Assembly (NCBI GenBank): GCA_965232515.1
Contig: CBDDPY010000002.1
Span: forward strand, 2,368,001 to 2,432,000
Direction: 5' to 3'
Length of the DNA: 64,000 bases
From: Alphaproteobacteria bacterium
GTDB taxonomy: Bacteria; Pseudomonadota; Alphaproteobacteria; GCA-2731375
Shown here: piece after piece, positions 52,710 to 64,000 of the stretch
How positions within the stretch are numbered: position 1 is the first letter of the stretch
Layout: the number at the start of each line of letters is the position of its first letter
Notes under the pieces: model-generated
Databases searched by the model: none
What the model was told of the DNA's origin: nothing
What the model saw: only the letters and a program-made list of their open reading frames with translations
Translations under genes and position numbers: made by a program

Positions 52710-53630
52710 ATGCGTGACCCTTACAAAATTCTCGGCGTCGGACGCACGGCCAGCGACGCGGACATCAAGCGGGCTTACCGCAAGCTCGCGAAGGAACTGC
52801 ATCCCGACATGCATCCGGGCGACGACGCCGTCGCCGAGCGCTTCAAGGAGGTCTCGGCCGCCTATCACATCCTGGGCGACAAGGACCTGCGGGCCAAATA
52901 CGACCGCGGCGAGATCGGCGCCGACGGCAATCAGAAGAACCGTTTTCGCTATGAGTATGCCGGCGGCGGACAGGACGGCATGGAGGGCTTTGGCGGATTC
53001 GGCTTCGGCGCCGGCAATGCCGAGGACATCATCAACGAGTTCTTCGGCAACATGCGCGGACGGGCCGGCGCCCGCCGGAGCCGGCGGCAGCAACAGCAGA
53101 ACCAACGCGGCGCCGACCGGTCGTACAAGATCACGGTCGATTTCCTCGACGCCGCGAACGGCACCACGCGCCGAATCAGCCTGCCCGACGGCCGCACGCT
53201 CGACGTCAAGATCCCGCCCGGAATCGAGGATGGTAAGCAGATCCGCCTCAAAGGTCAGGGCGACGCCGGCCTCGCCGGCGGTACGTCCGGCGACGCACTG
53301 ATCGAGATCACGATTCGGCCGCACGAAACCTTCCGGCGCGAAGGCCACGACATCCATCTCGACCTGCCGATCAGCCTGGCGGAAGCCGTGCTCGGCGCCA
53401 AGGTCGAGGTGCCCACCATCGACGGTCCGGTCAGCCTGACCATCCCGAAGGGCGCCAATACGGGCCGGAAGCTGCGGCTCAAGGGACGCGGCATCGCCCA
53501 GGGCAAGAACCAGGATCGCGGCGATCAGTACGTGCATCTGCAGGTCGTGCTGCCCGCCAAGACCGATGATGAGCTCGAAGCATTCGTCAAAGAGTGGGCC
53601 GCCAAGAACCGCTACGATCCACGCGGCTGA
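52710..53630 (+). CDS. DnaJ-class chaperone (CbpA-like, no Zn finger)
   Basis: J-domain with HPD, G/F region, DnaJ_C (IRLKGQG, LRLKGRG). Confidence 0.92.
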   Translation: MRDPYKILGVGRTASDADIKRAYRKLAKELHPDMHPGDDAVAERFKEVSAAYHILGDKDLRAKYDRGEIGADGNQKNRFRYEYAGGGQDGMEGFGGFGFGAGNAEDIINEFFGNMRGRAGARRSRRQQQQNQRGADRSYKITVDFLDAANGTTRRISLPDGRTLDVKIPPGIEDGKQIRLKGQGDAGLAGGTSGDALIEITIRPHETFRREGHDIHLDLPISLAEAVLGAKVEVPTIDGPVSLTIPKGANTGRKLRLKGRGIAQGKNQDRGDQYVHLQVVLPAKTDDELEAFVKEWAAKNRYDPRG

Positions 53631-53673
53631 TCGACACCTTCCCGAATACCGGTAGTCGGCCGCCCACCCGGCA

Positions 53674-53701
53674 TTGACGGCCTGCGGCTTTCTTGTAGGA
53701 T
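53674..53701 (+). promoter_or_regulatory. putative sigma70 promoter of fabI-aroC
   Basis: TTGACG-N16-TAGGAT. Confidence 0.55.
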
Positions 53702-53738
53702 GCGCCGCGTTCGTTCAATCGCGGAATAGCGGGGCATC

Positions 53739-54551
53739 ATGAGCGATGCGACCAGCCTGATGGCCGGCAAGCGCGGCCTGATCATGGGCGTCGCCAACGA
53801 CCGTTCGATCGCCTGGGGAATCGCCAAGGCGGCGGCCGACCACGGCGCCGAACTGGCCTTCACCTATCAGGGCGAGGCGTTGGCGAAACGCGTCCGGCCG
53901 CTTGCGGAATCGGTGGGCTCGGATTTCCTGATGTCGTGCGACGTCGCCGACGACGACAGCTTGACCGCGGTGTTCGCCGAACTCGAGCAACGCTGGGGCC
54001 GGCTCGATTTCCTGGTGCACGCGATCGCCTATTCCGACAAGGAGGAGTTGAAGGGCCTCTATCTCGACGCGTCGCTGGCCAATTTCACGATGTCGCTGGA
54101 CATCTCCTGCTATTCGTTCACGGCCGTTTGCCGGCATGCCGAGAAGCTGATGACCGATGGCGGCAGCATCGTCACGCTGACCTACTACGGCGCCGAGAAG
54201 GTCGTGCCCCACTACAATGTCATGGGCGTCGCCAAGGCGGCGCTGGAGGCCAGCGTCAAATACCTCGCCGCCGATCTCGGCGCGTCGGGCATCCGCGTCA
54301 ACGCGGTGTCGGCCGGACCGATCAAGACGCTCGCGGCGTCAGGTATCGGCGACTTCCGCTACATTCTGAAATGGAACGAGTACAACTCGCCGCTCCGGCG
54401 CAACGTCTCAATCGACGAAGTGGGCGGCGCCGGCCTTTACCTGCTCAGCGATCTCGGCGCCGGTGTCTCCGGCGAGGTGCACCATGTCGACTGCGGCTAC
54501 CACGTGGTGGGTATGAAGCAGGTCGACGCGCCCGATATCGCCACGGTCTGA
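53739..54551 (+). CDS. fabI: enoyl-ACP reductase
   Basis: GVANDRSIAWGIA, YNVMGVAKAALE, SAGPIKTLAASGI. Confidence 0.97.
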   Translation: MSDATSLMAGKRGLIMGVANDRSIAWGIAKAAADHGAELAFTYQGEALAKRVRPLAESVGSDFLMSCDVADDDSLTAVFAELEQRWGRLDFLVHAIAYSDKEELKGLYLDASLANFTMSLDISCYSFTAVCRHAEKLMTDGGSIVTLTYYGAEKVVPHYNVMGVAKAALEASVKYLAADLGASGIRVNAVSAGPIKTLAASGIGDFRYILKWNEYNSPLRRNVSIDEVGGAGLYLLSDLGAGVSGEVHHVDCGYHVVGMKQVDAPDIATV

Positions 54552-54590
54552 GCCGGTACCGCAACGTCGGACCGAAACCGACAACCGCCC

Positions 54591-55661
54591 ATGTCGCACA
54601 ACACCTTCGGCCACCTGTTTCGAGTCACGACCTGGGGCGAAAGCCACGGACCGGCGATCGGCTGCGTCGTCGACGGCACGCCGCCCGGCCTGCCGCTGGC
54701 GCCGGAAGATATCCAGATCTGGCTCGACAAGCGCCGCCCCGGCAGCTCTCGGTTCGTCACCCAGCGCCGCGAGCCCGATCGGGTCTCGATCCTGTCAGGC
54801 GTGTTCGACGGCCGCACCACCGGCACGCCGATCAGCCTGGTCGTCGAGAATGTCGACCAGCGCTCGAAGGACTACAGCGAGATCAAGGACAAGTACCGGC
54901 CCGGCCACGCCGACTATGCCTATGAGGCGAAATACGGCCTGCGCGACTATCGCGGCGGCGGCCGTTCGAGCGCGCGCGAGACCGCCTGCCGGGTCGCCGC
55001 CGGGGCCGTCGCCCGCCAGATCCTGGGCGACGACATCGCGATCCGCGGCGCGTTGGTGCAGATTGGCGACCAGGCGATCGACCGCGGCCGCTGGGACTGG
55101 AATGCCGTCGACGACAACCCGTTCTGGTGCCCGGACCCGACCGCGGCGGCGGAATGGGAGGCGTATTTGGATGACGTCCGCAAGGCTGGGTCGTCGGTCG
55201 GCGCCGTTATCGAGGTCGTCGCGTCGGGCGTACCGGCGGGTCTCGGCGCACCGATTTACGGTAAGCTCGACGCCGAAATGGCGGCGGCAATGATGAGCAT
55301 CAACGCGGTAAAGGGCGTCGAGATCGGCGCCGGATTTGCCGCGGCGGCGCTGAGCGGGGCCGAAAATGCCGACGAAATGCGCATGGATGCCGGCAAGGTC
55401 GGCTTCGCCTCGAACAATGCCGGCGGCGTTCAGGGCGGGATTTCGACGGGGCAGGACGTGATCGTGCGCTTCGCCGTGAAGCCGACCTCCTCGATTCTGA
55501 CACCGCGGCAGACCGTCAGCCGCGAGGGCGAGGAGACCGAAATCGCCACCAAGGGCCGGCACGACCCCTGCGTCGGCATCCGCGCGGTGCCCGTGGGCGA
55601 GGCCATGATGGCCTGCGTGCTCGCAGACCATCTGCTGCGACACCGCGGGCAGTGCGGTTGA
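54591..55661 (+). CDS. aroC: chorismate synthase
   Basis: [33 protein letters not shown]. Confidence 0.98.
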   Translation: MSHNTFGHLFRVTTWGESHGPAIGCVVDGTPPGLPLAPEDIQIWLDKRRPGSSRFVTQRREPDRVSILSGVFDGRTTGTPISLVVENVDQRSKDYSEIKDKYRPGHADYAYEAKYGLRDYRGGGRSSARETACRVAAGAVARQILGDDIAIRGALVQIGDQAIDRGRWDWNAVDDNPFWCPDPTAAAEWEAYLDDVRKAGSSVGAVIEVVASGVPAGLGAPIYGKLDAEMAAAMMSINAVKGVEIGAGFAAAALSGAENADEMRMDAGKVGFASNNAGGVQGGISTGQDVIVRFAVKPTSSILTPRQTVSREGEETEIATKGRHDPCVGIRAVPVGEAMMACVLADHLLRHRGQCG

Positions 55662-55784
55662 TTACAATCGGCCTACCGCCGCCCTACCGACGATAGCTAC
55701 GATTAAAATCTGCTTGGAAATTATCGGTTTGCCGTCTTTTCGACGGTAGGGCCGGAAGTTATCTGGATTCGCCGGCCCGAAATA

Positions 55785-55813
55785 CAAAACCCCGCGTGAT
55801 TGGCGGGGTTTTG
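55785..55813. terminator. Rho-independent terminator (possibly bidirectional)
   Basis: CAAAACCCCGC-GTGATTG-GCGGGGTTTTG directly after the stop codon of the 55816-56007 gene. Confidence 0.8.
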
Positions 55814-55815
55814 GG

Positions 55816-56007
55816 TCAGGCCGCGTTCTTGCGCGGAATGAACGTCTGTCGCGGTTCGGTCTCGAAATCGCGGATCGCCATGCGGCGATGATACTCGCAG
55901 TACGGGCTCTCGGGATGGCGCTTCGAGCCGCAGTACTCGTGCGTGGGCCGGGAATCGTGCGGCCACATCGGCCACAGGCATCCCCGGCGGGATTTCTGTT
56001 CGGACAT
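55816..56007 (-). CDS. stand-alone GcrA C-terminal-domain-like small protein (63 aa)
   Basis: CLWPM..YCG..SPYCEYHRRMA matches the GcrA C-terminal CxWP..CG..PYCxxH signature; no N-terminal HTH; GAGAGAAA RBS. Confidence 0.78.
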   Translation of the reverse strand: MSEQKSRRGCLWPMWPHDSRPTHEYCGSKRHPESPYCEYHRRMAIRDFETEPRQTFIPRKNAA

Positions 56008-56038
56008 CGGTTTCTCTCTCGAAAAGATTATGAAGGGG

Positions 56039-56076
56039 TAGATATTGTGCAGCGCAGCATAAGTCAAGGCGGAATC
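56039..56076 (-). promoter_or_regulatory. putative sigma70 promoter with adjacent GANTC
   Basis: GATTC-N4-TTGACT-N17-TATCTA on the minus strand upstream of the GcrA-like gene. Confidence 0.5.
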
Positions 56077-56101
56077 GTAAGAAATTTGCAAGAAAGCACG
56101 C

Positions 56102-57332
56102 CTATCGCGTGAAAACCGCAACCAGTTCTAGATGGTGCGACCAAAGAAACTGGTCGATGGGTGTCACGGTATGCGGCCGATAGCCGCCATCGATCAGAAT
56201 TCGAGCGTCTCGCGCAAAGGTTGCAGGATTACAGGAGACTGCGACCACTGTCGACACCGTCGAATCCGAGATGGCGTCGGCCTGCGCACGGGCTCCGGCG
56301 CGCGGCGGATCGAAGACGATGGCATCGAACCCATTCAGCTCGGCGACCGAAAACGGGCGGCGCTGCAGATCCCGCCGTTCGACGGCAATTCGACGCCCCC
56401 CGGCCACGGCGGCCAGCGCCTCGACCATCGCGGCGTCGGCATCGACCGCCTTCACCTGCGCCGACGCGGGCGCGGCCAATGCGAAGGTACCGCAACCGCT
56501 GAACAGGTCCAGGACATGCCGGCTCTCGGCCAGCGCGGCGCCGACAATGTCGCACAACGCCGCCTCGCCGGCCTGGCTTGCCTGAAGGAACGCGCCAGGC
56601 GGGATCGCCACGTCGACGCCCGCAAGCGCGACCGTTGGCGTGCGGCGGACCACCACCGGCTCCGGCGACGGGTCGCCCCAGCACAACCGCGCCACATCCT
56701 GCGCCTCGGAAAAGCCGCCCAGCGCCTCGTGATCGGCCAGGCCCAGCGGCCGGTCGCCGCGCAGCCAGAGATCGAGGCCGGTATCGGTCTCGGTGACATG
56801 CACGTCGATCGCATCACCTATCGATAACAGATCGTTCAAGAGCTGCCGCAGCGACGGCAGCAGATCGACAATCGCCGGCCGCAGAACATGGCATTCGGCG
56901 AGATCGACGATCCGCCGGCCGCGCCGTTCATTGAAACCGAGCACGACGCCGTTGCGCCGCCGAAACGCCGCGAACGCCGCCCGACGTCGACTGGCGGGCG
57001 GGGTCATGATCAGCTCGCCGACGTCGATATCCGCGAGACCGCGCCTGGCCAGGGCCGCGCCGATCAGTCCGGTTTTCCACCGGCGGTAAGCGGACTCATC
57101 GACATGCTGCAGCAGGCAGCCGCCGCAGGCGCCGAAATGGGCGCAAACCGCGTCGACGCGGTCCGGCCCCGCTTGCAGCAACGCTTCGAGATGCGCGTGA
57201 ATGGCGCCGTCGCGCTCGCTGTCGATACGCACCCGCGCCCGATCGCCCGGCAACGTGTAGGGCACGTAGACCGGACGGCCGTCTATGTCGCCGACGCCGT
57301 CGCCGCGCGCGCCCAGGGCCGTGATCTCGATC

Positions 57333-57340
<8 letters not shown>
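56102..57340 (-). CDS. rlmD: 23S rRNA (uracil-C5)-methyltransferase (RlmD/TrmA family)
   Basis: TRAM-like start, CAHFGACGGC, AFLQAS, DLFSGCGTF, DPPRAG, VSCNPATFARD, HHLE. Confidence 0.88.
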
Positions 57341-58082
<742 letters not shown>

Positions 58083-58085
58083 CGC

Positions 58086-60011
58086 TTAGGCGCGCCGCGG
58101 CGCCTCCACCTTATCGTCAGCGCGGCCGAGCGCCGCGAGCGCCGTCTCGACGATATCGGCCGCCGTCAGGCCCGCCTCCGCGTACATGATATCCGGCTTG
58201 TCGTGATCGATGAACCGGTCGGGCAGGATCATCGGCCGGATCTTCAGGCCGTTGTCCATCAGACCATTCGACGCCAGATACTGCATGACCTGCGCCGCGA
58301 AGCCGCCGATAGCGCCCTCCTCGATCGTGATCAGGACCTCGTGGTTCTCGGCCAGGTCGCGGATCAGGGCCTCGTCGAGCGGCTTGGCGAAGCGGGCATC
58401 GGCGACCGTGGTCGAGAACCCGCGCGCGCCCAACTCGTCGGCCGCCGTCAGCGAATCCTGCAGGCGCGTGCCGAACGACAGGATGGCCACGGTTGAGCCT
58501 TCGCGCACGACCCGGCCCTTGCCGATCTCCAGCGGCTCCGCCGTCTCCGGCATGTCGACGCCGACACCGTCGCCGCGCGGATAGCGGAAGGCCGACGGCC
58601 GGTCGTCGATCGCCGCCGCCGTCGCCACCATGCGCACCAGTTCAGCTTCGTCAGCGGCCGCCATGACGACGAAGCCCGGCAGCGAGGCGAGATAGGTAAT
58701 GTCGTACGAGCCGGCATGCGTCGGCCCGTCGGCGCCGACCAGCCCGGCCCGGTCGATGGCGAAGCGCACCGGCAGCGACTGAATGGCGACGTCGTGCACG
58801 ACCTGGTCGTAGGCTCGCTGCAGGAACGTCGAGTAGATCGCCGCGAACGGCTTGTAGCCGCCGGCGGCCAGACCGGCCGCGAAGGTAACGCCGTGCTGCT
58901 CGGCGATGCCGACATCGAAGCAACGCTCCGGGAACCGTTCGGCGAACAGATTGAGGCCGGTGCCGGACGGCATCGCCGCCGTGATCGCGACGATCTTGTC
59001 GTCCGCTTCGGCCTGCTTGATCAGCGCGTTCGCGAACACTTTGGTGTAGGCCGGCGCGTTCGATTTCGGCTTCGCCTGCGCGCCGGTAATCACATCGAAC
59101 CGGCTGACGCCGTGATACTTGTCCGCCGATTCCTCGGCCGGCGCGTAGCCCTTGCCCTTCTGCGTGACCACGTGCACCAGGAGCGGCGCGGTCCGGCGCG
59201 CGTCGCGCACATTCCGCAGCACCGGTAACAGGTGGTCCAGGTTGTGTCCGTCGATCGGGCCGACATAGTAAAAGCCGAGCTCCTCGAAGAGCGTGCCGCC
59301 GGTAATGATGCCGCGCGCGTATTCCTCGGCGCGCCGGGCCGTCTCTTCGATCCGCGGCGGGAACATTTGCGCCAGCTGCTTGGCGATATGGCGAAAGCCG
59401 CGATAGGGCTTCGACGACAGCAAGCGCGACAAGTAGGCGCTCATGGCGCCAACCGGCGGCGCGATCGACATGTCGTTGTCGTTCAAGATCACGATCAGCC
59501 GCGAGTCCATCGAGCCGGCATTGTTCATGGCCTCATAGGCCATGCCGGCGCTCATGGCGCCGTCGCCGATCACGGCGATCACGTTGCTGTCCCCGCCGTC
59601 CAGATCGCGGGCAACCGCAAATCCAAGAGCGGACGAGATCGAGGTCGAGCTGTGCGCCGCGCCGAAGGGATCGTATTCGCTCTCGCTGCGCTTGGTGAAT
59701 CCCGACAAGCCGCCGCCCTGGCGCAGGGTACGGATCCGGTCCCGCCGTCCCGTCAGAATCTTGTGCGGATAGGCCTGATGACCGACGTCCCAGATCAGCG
59801 TGTCCTGCGGCGTGTCGAAGACATGATGCAGGGCGACGGTCAGCTCGACCACGCCCAGCCCGGCGCCAAGATGGCCGCCCGTACTCGATACGGCGTCAAT
59901 GGTCGCGGTTCGCAGCTCGTCGGCAAGTTGCCGAAGTTGCGGATCTGAAAAGGATCGGATATCGGCGGGCGCCGACACCGTATCCAATAGTGGCGTCTTA
60001 CGCGTGCTCAA
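58086..60011 (-). CDS. dxs: 1-deoxy-D-xylulose-5-phosphate synthase
   Basis: [45 protein letters not shown]; TTG start. Confidence 0.98.
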   Translation of the reverse strand: MSTRKTPLLDTVSAPADIRSFSDPQLRQLADELRTATIDAVSSTGGHLGAGLGVVELTVALHHVFDTPQDTLIWDVGHQAYPHKILTGRRDRIRTLRQGGGLSGFTKRSESEYDPFGAAHSSTSISSALGFAVARDLDGGDSNVIAVIGDGAMSAGMAYEAMNNAGSMDSRLIVILNDNDMSIAPPVGAMSAYLSRLLSSKPYRGFRHIAKQLAQMFPPRIEETARRAEEYARGIITGGTLFEELGFYYVGPIDGHNLDHLLPVLRNVRDARRTAPLLVHVVTQKGKGYAPAEESADKYHGVSRFDVITGAQAKPKSNAPAYTKVFANALIKQAEADDKIVAITAAMPSGTGLNLFAERFPERCFDVGIAEQHGVTFAAGLAAGGYKPFAAIYSTFLQRAYDQVVHDVAIQSLPVRFAIDRAGLVGADGPTHAGSYDITYLASLPGFVVMAAADEAELVRMVATAAAIDDRPSAFRYPRGDGVGVDMPETAEPLEIGKGRVVREGSTVAILSFGTRLQDSLTAADELGARGFSTTVADARFAKPLDEALIRDLAENHEVLITIEEGAIGGFAAQVMQYLASNGLMDNGLKIRPMILPDRFIDHDKPDIMYAEAGLTAADIVETALAALGRADDKVEAPRRA

Positions 60012-60056
60012 TAAACGTTACCGGACTGGCCGGTATCCCTAAATCCAGACGTGCGG

Positions 60057-60947
60057 CTAAGCGCGGCGATTTATAACGAATTCGGCGAGCGCGCGCAAAG
60101 AATCGGCCCGCGGCCCGAACAATTCCAGATGGGTGACGGCCTGCCCGGCCAGCATCTCGGCCCGCTCGACCGCGGCCTCCTCGCCCAGCAGGCTGACGAA
60201 GGTCGCCTTGCCGGCGGCCGCGTCCTTGTTCACGCCCTTGCCGACCGCCTCCGCCGTGCCGGTCACGTCGAGCAGGTCGTCGGCGATCTGGAACGCCAGA
60301 CCGAGGTCATGGGCATAGGCGCGCAGCGCATGCCGTTCGGCGTCGCGCGCCTGGCTCATGACGGCGCCGGTTTCCACCGCGAAGGCGATCATCTCGCCAG
60401 TCTTCAGCCGCTGCATGCGCACGATGGCGGGCTCGGTCAGCTTCTGATGCTCGCCCAGCAGGTCCAGCATCTGGCCGCCGACCATGCCGTGCCCGCCGGT
60501 CGCCCGGGCCAGGCCCAGCACCAGCTCGGCCCGGATCCTGGCGTTGCGCGACACGGCCTCGTCCGCCAGCACCTCGAAGGCGAGTGACTGCAGCGCGTCG
60601 CCGGCCAACACGGCCGTCGCCTCGTCGAAGGCGACATGCACCGTTGGCTGCCCGCGCCGCAGGTCGTCGTCGTCCATGCAGGGCAGGTCGTCGTGGATCA
60701 GGCTGTAGGTGTGCATCAGTTCGACCGCCGCACCGACCCGAACCGCCGAGCGCTGCGGAATATCGAACATCTCGGCCGACGCCAGCACCATGAACGGCCG
60801 CAGCCGCTTGCCGCCGCCCAACGCCGCGTGGCGCATGGCCGCAAACAACTGGCCCTCGGGCCCCTCATCGGCCTTCGGCAGAACCTGCTCGAGAACGGTT
60901 TCGACCGCCTTCGCGGCGACGCCCAGCGTGGTTTCGAAATCGGCCAA
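60057..60947 (-). CDS. ispA: geranyltranstransferase (farnesyl diphosphate synthase)
   Basis: GGKRLRP, SLIHDDLPCMDDDDLRRG, FQIADDLLD; TTG start. Confidence 0.95.
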   Translation of the reverse strand: MADFETTLGVAAKAVETVLEQVLPKADEGPEGQLFAAMRHAALGGGKRLRPFMVLASAEMFDIPQRSAVRVGAAVELMHTYSLIHDDLPCMDDDDLRRGQPTVHVAFDEATAVLAGDALQSLAFEVLADEAVSRNARIRAELVLGLARATGGHGMVGGQMLDLLGEHQKLTEPAIVRMQRLKTGEMIAFAVETGAVMSQARDAERHALRAYAHDLGLAFQIADDLLDVTGTAEAVGKGVNKDAAAGKATFVSLLGEEAAVERAEMLAGQAVTHLELFGPRADSLRALAEFVINRRA

Positions 60948-60956
60948 CGACGCGCC

Positions 60957-61229
60957 TCAGTCGGACTCCAGGGGCTCGACCCCGGCGGCATCGCCGCTCG
61001 GCCCGACGACGATCCGATCGACCTTCTCCTGCGCGGCCGCCAGCTTGGCCTGGCAATGGCTCTTCAACTGCGCGCCACGGGTATACATCTCGATCGAGTC
61101 TTCCAGACCGACCTGCCCGCTTTCCAGCTTGCGCACGATCTCTTCCAGGCCGGCCATCGCTTCCTCGAAGCTCATCGCGCGGATGTCGTCGGGCAGCTTG
61201 TCGCTGTCTTTGGTCTTGGAATCGGCCAA
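60957..61229 (-). CDS. xseB: exodeoxyribonuclease VII small subunit
   Basis: SFEEAMAGLEEIVRKLESG..LEDSI..RG..C; GGAGAGG RBS with TTG start. Confidence 0.95.
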   Translation of the reverse strand: MADSKTKDSDKLPDDIRAMSFEEAMAGLEEIVRKLESGQVGLEDSIEMYTRGAQLKSHCQAKLAAAQEKVDRIVVGPSGDAAGVEPLESD

Positions 61230-61264
61230 ATGCCCTCTCCAGATTCAGGACCGCCGCGTCGTCG

Positions 61265-62191
61265 CTAGGCGGTCATCAGCTCGCGTACATGGGCGGCCGT
61301 GGCCGTCGCCAGGGCCTGCAGGTTATAGCCGCCTTCCAGGGTCGAGACCAGCCTGCCGCCGGCGTGCCGGTCCGCCAGCGCGATCAGCTCGCGCGTGACC
61401 CAGGCATAGTCGTCGTCCTGCATCTCCAGGTTGGCCAACGGGTCGCTGGCATGCGCGTCGAACCCGGCCGAAATCAGCACCAGTTCCGGCGCGAAATCCT
61501 CCAACGCCGGCAGCAGCGTGTCGGCGAAGGCGTCGCGGAAGGCGGTCGAGCCGGCATAGGGCGGCAAGGGCACGTTCACGATATTGCCCAGGCCGCGCTC
61601 GTGCGCGCCGCCGGTGCCGGGATAAAGCGGCGACTGATGCGTCGACACGTAGACCAGGTCGGCGTCGGCCTCGAACATCGCCTGCGTGCCGTTGCCGTGG
61701 TGAACATCGAAATCGATCACGGCGATCCGTTGCAGGCCATGCACGGCGCGAGCCTGCAAGGCCGCGACCGCGACGTTGTTGAAAATGCAGAAGCCCATGG
61801 CCCGGCCCGGCTCGGCATGGTGGCCGGGCGGCCGGACAGCGCAGAAGGCGTTGCGCGCGGCGCCCGAGACGACCTCGTCGACCGCGGCGCAGACGGCGCC
61901 GGCGGCCCGGTAAGCCGCTTCCAGCGAACCCGGAGACATCACGGTATCGGCGTCGAGATGAACGATGCCGTCGCCGGGCGCGGTCTGCTCGACCTTTTCG
62001 ATATAGGCCGCCGGGTGCACCCGCATGACCTGCTCTGGCGTCGCTTTCGGCGCCTCGGCCCGATGCAGGTCCTGGAAGGCCTCGGTCTCCAGCGCATGCA
62101 GAACCGCGCGCAGGCGATCGGCGCATTCGGGGTGCCCCAGTCCGGTGTCATGCGCCAGAAAGGCCGGGTGGGTGAAGAGAACAGTCGTCAT
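61265..62191 (-). CDS. histone deacetylase family protein
   Basis: HPECADRL, VRPPGHHA, MGFCIFNN, DFDVHHGNGTQ, SAGFDAH, LEGGY. Confidence 0.93.
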   Translation of the reverse strand: MTTVLFTHPAFLAHDTGLGHPECADRLRAVLHALETEAFQDLHRAEAPKATPEQVMRVHPAAYIEKVEQTAPGDGIVHLDADTVMSPGSLEAAYRAAGAVCAAVDEVVSGAARNAFCAVRPPGHHAEPGRAMGFCIFNNVAVAALQARAVHGLQRIAVIDFDVHHGNGTQAMFEADADLVYVSTHQSPLYPGTGGAHERGLGNIVNVPLPPYAGSTAFRDAFADTLLPALEDFAPELVLISAGFDAHASDPLANLEMQDDDYAWVTRELIALADRHAGGRLVSTLEGGYNLQALATATAAHVRELMTA

Positions 62192-62226
62192 GCCGCCATC
62201 GTAACCGCCGCTGCGGCGGCCGGCTA

Positions 62227-62538
62227 TCAGGTTCGTGTGCTGTCGACGGTGTCGGTGTCTTCCGGCTCGCTCTCGGGCGGCGGGTCCGCCGGCGCGCGCT
62301 TGCGGCGGATGATGATATCGCCGTTCTCCAGAACCTCCGGCGACTCGTATTGCGGGATGCGGTTGATGAACAATTGCAACGTGTCCATCAGGGTCTTGGC
62401 GGTTTCTCGCGCCAGTTCCTCCGCCTCGCGCGCGAGTTCCTCGGGCGTCTTGCCCTGCTTGTCGTCCTGCGCCAGCGTCGCCGATGGCGCCGCCGCGGTG
62501 AAACAAAGTGCCAGAATGGCGGCTTGTAACCTTTTCAT
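62227..62538 (-). CDS. exported hypothetical protein
   Basis: Signal peptide MKRLQAAILALCFTAAAPSATLA; conserved-looking IPQYESPEVLENGDIIIRRK. Confidence 0.8.
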   Translation of the reverse strand: MKRLQAAILALCFTAAAPSATLAQDDKQGKTPEELAREAEELARETAKTLMDTLQLFINRIPQYESPEVLENGDIIIRRKRAPADPPPESEPEDTDTVDSTRT

Positions 62539-62656
62539 GATCTGCATCCTTAGCACGGACCGCCCATCGGAGTCGCTGCTGGCGTCATAGGTCCGTGACG
62601 CCTAGACTCGCGGGCGCCCGCCGACACTCATCCCGAATTTTGTCGAAAATAAGAAC

Positions 62657-63559
62657 ATGCCGTCGAAATCGCCCGCCTGGGCCTATCTGCTGCTGACGAT
62701 CGCGGTGCTGATGTGGTCGGGCAATTTCATCCTCGGCCGCGCGGTCCACGCCGAGATCCCGCCGATCGGTCTCGCCTTCTGGCGCTGGGTTGTCGCGGCC
62801 GCGCTGCTCGCGCCATTCGCGGTGCCGGCGGCCTTTCGCCAACGCGCGGCGTTGCGGGCGCATTGGCGCCTGCTGCTGGTCCTGGCGCTGTTCGGCGTCG
62901 CCGCCTTCAACACACTCGTCTATGTCGGTCTGCAAACCACGACCGCGGTGAACGGTGCGCTCGTCAACGCGACCATGCCGGCGCTGATCGTCATCACCGG
63001 CCTGCTGCTGTTCCGCGACGCCGTCAGCTTGGCGCAGACCATCGGTATCGCGCTCTCCTTTTGCGGCGTCGCCGCGATCATCTTTCGCGCCGATATCACG
63101 CTCGTGCAGGCGCTGCAATTCACCGCCGGCGACCTCATCGTGCTCGCCGCCACCGCCTGTTATGCGGTCTATGTCGTGCTGTGGGCCCGCCGGCCGCCCA
63201 CGCTCGACCCTTACGGCACGCTGCTCGTGCTGTTCCTCTTGGGCGCCGCGATCCTGGCGCCGTTCTACGCCTGGGAGTCGCTGGTCGCGGGCCGCACTGT
63301 GCCGCTCACCTGGACCGCGGCCGGCGCGGTGTTCTACGTGGCGGCCGGCGCGTCGGTGCTGGCCTGGATCTGCTACAACCGCGGCATCGAGCTGGTCGGC
63401 CCCGGTCAGGCCGGCATGTTCATCAACCTCAACCCCGTCTTCGCCAGCATCCTCGCCGTGATCCTGCTCGGCGAGCCGTTCCGCCTCTATCACGCCGCGG
63501 GCATGGCGCTCGTCTTCGCCGGGATCTGGCTGGCAACCCGCGCCGGCAGAGAACGCTAA
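62657..63559 (+). CDS. DMT/EamA family transporter
   Basis: WSGNFILGR..PPIGLAFWRW, about 10 TM segments, INLNPVF..LLGEP. Confidence 0.92.
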   Translation: MPSKSPAWAYLLLTIAVLMWSGNFILGRAVHAEIPPIGLAFWRWVVAAALLAPFAVPAAFRQRAALRAHWRLLLVLALFGVAAFNTLVYVGLQTTTAVNGALVNATMPALIVITGLLLFRDAVSLAQTIGIALSFCGVAAIIFRADITLVQALQFTAGDLIVLAATACYAVYVVLWARRPPTLDPYGTLLVLFLLGAAILAPFYAWESLVAGRTVPLTWTAAGAVFYVAAGASVLAWICYNRGIELVGPGQAGMFINLNPVFASILAVILLGEPFRLYHAAGMALVFAGIWLATRAGRER

Positions 63560-63566
63560 CCCGCGC

Positions 63567-64000
63567 TCAGAAGGCGCTGTTGTACTTGCCGCCGTCGATC
63601 AGCAGGCTCTGGCCGGTGATGTAGCCGCTGCCGGCCGCGCACAGGAAGGCGCAGGCCTCGCCGAACTCGGCCGGATCGCCGAAGCGCTTGGCCGGAATGC
63701 CCGCTGCGGTGTCTTCCGCGACCTCGTTCTCCGAACGGCTCTGCAGCTTCGCCGTGCCGGCGAAGCCCGCCCGCAAACGGTCGGTGTCGAAATAACCCGG
63801 CAGCAGGTTGTTGATCGTCACGTTACGGTCGGCGACGGAGCGCGCGACGCCGGCCAGGAACGCCGTCAGGCCGGCGCGGCCGCCGCTCGACAGATCCAGC
63901 CCAACCACCGGCATCTTCACCGAGATCGAGGTGATGTTGACGATGCGCCCGAAGCGGCGCGCGATCATGCCGTCGATCACCGATTGGATCAGTTCGATCG
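63567..64000 (-). CDS. SDR family oxidoreductase (5' end outside window)
   Basis: GRIVNITS, LSSGGRAGL, NNLLPG, YITGQSLLIDGG. Confidence 0.88.
   Translation of the reverse strand, partial: IELIQSVIDGMIARRFGRIVNITSISVKMPVVGLDLSSGGRAGLTAFLAGVARSVADRNVTINNLLPGYFDTDRLRAGFAGTAKLQSRSENEVAEDTAAGIPAKRFGDPAEFGEACAFLCAAGSGYITGQSLLIDGGKYNSAF

Overview
GC-rich (roughly two-thirds G+C by eye), gene-dense chromosomal segment of an alphaproteobacterium, most likely Rhodospirillales-like. The evidence is the glyQ-glyS-ppdK, xseB-ispA-dxs-tlyA, pdxH/fabI-aroC and pyrC/ygfZ synteny, CtrA-type boxes and intergenic GANTC sites. It holds about 66 protein-coding genes, one tRNA-Pro(CGG), two intergenic palindromic elements, and several terminators and promoters. 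I saw no integrase, transposase, CRISPR array or phage structural gene. Most of the window is housekeeping or metabolic. The loci most worth follow-up are: (i) a stand-alone 63-aa GcrA C-terminal-domain microprotein with its own promoter, adjacent GANTC and terminator; (ii) an orphan 880-aa secreted FecR-domain protein ending in a TbpB-like beta-barrel typical of Slam/T11SS cargo; (iii) a coupled lipoprotein-M48/TPR protease-lipoprotein envelope operon; (iv) an intact AsnB-like ORF in an LPS glycosyltransferase operon that has lost the catalytic motifs of both domains; (v) a recurring C-terminal AAE tail on four unrelated enzymes; (vi) an orphan peptidoglycan-binding/lysozyme-like protein beside a perfect 34-bp palindrome; and (vii) several unannotated small ORFs. 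All family assignments come from motif recognition by eye, not database searches.
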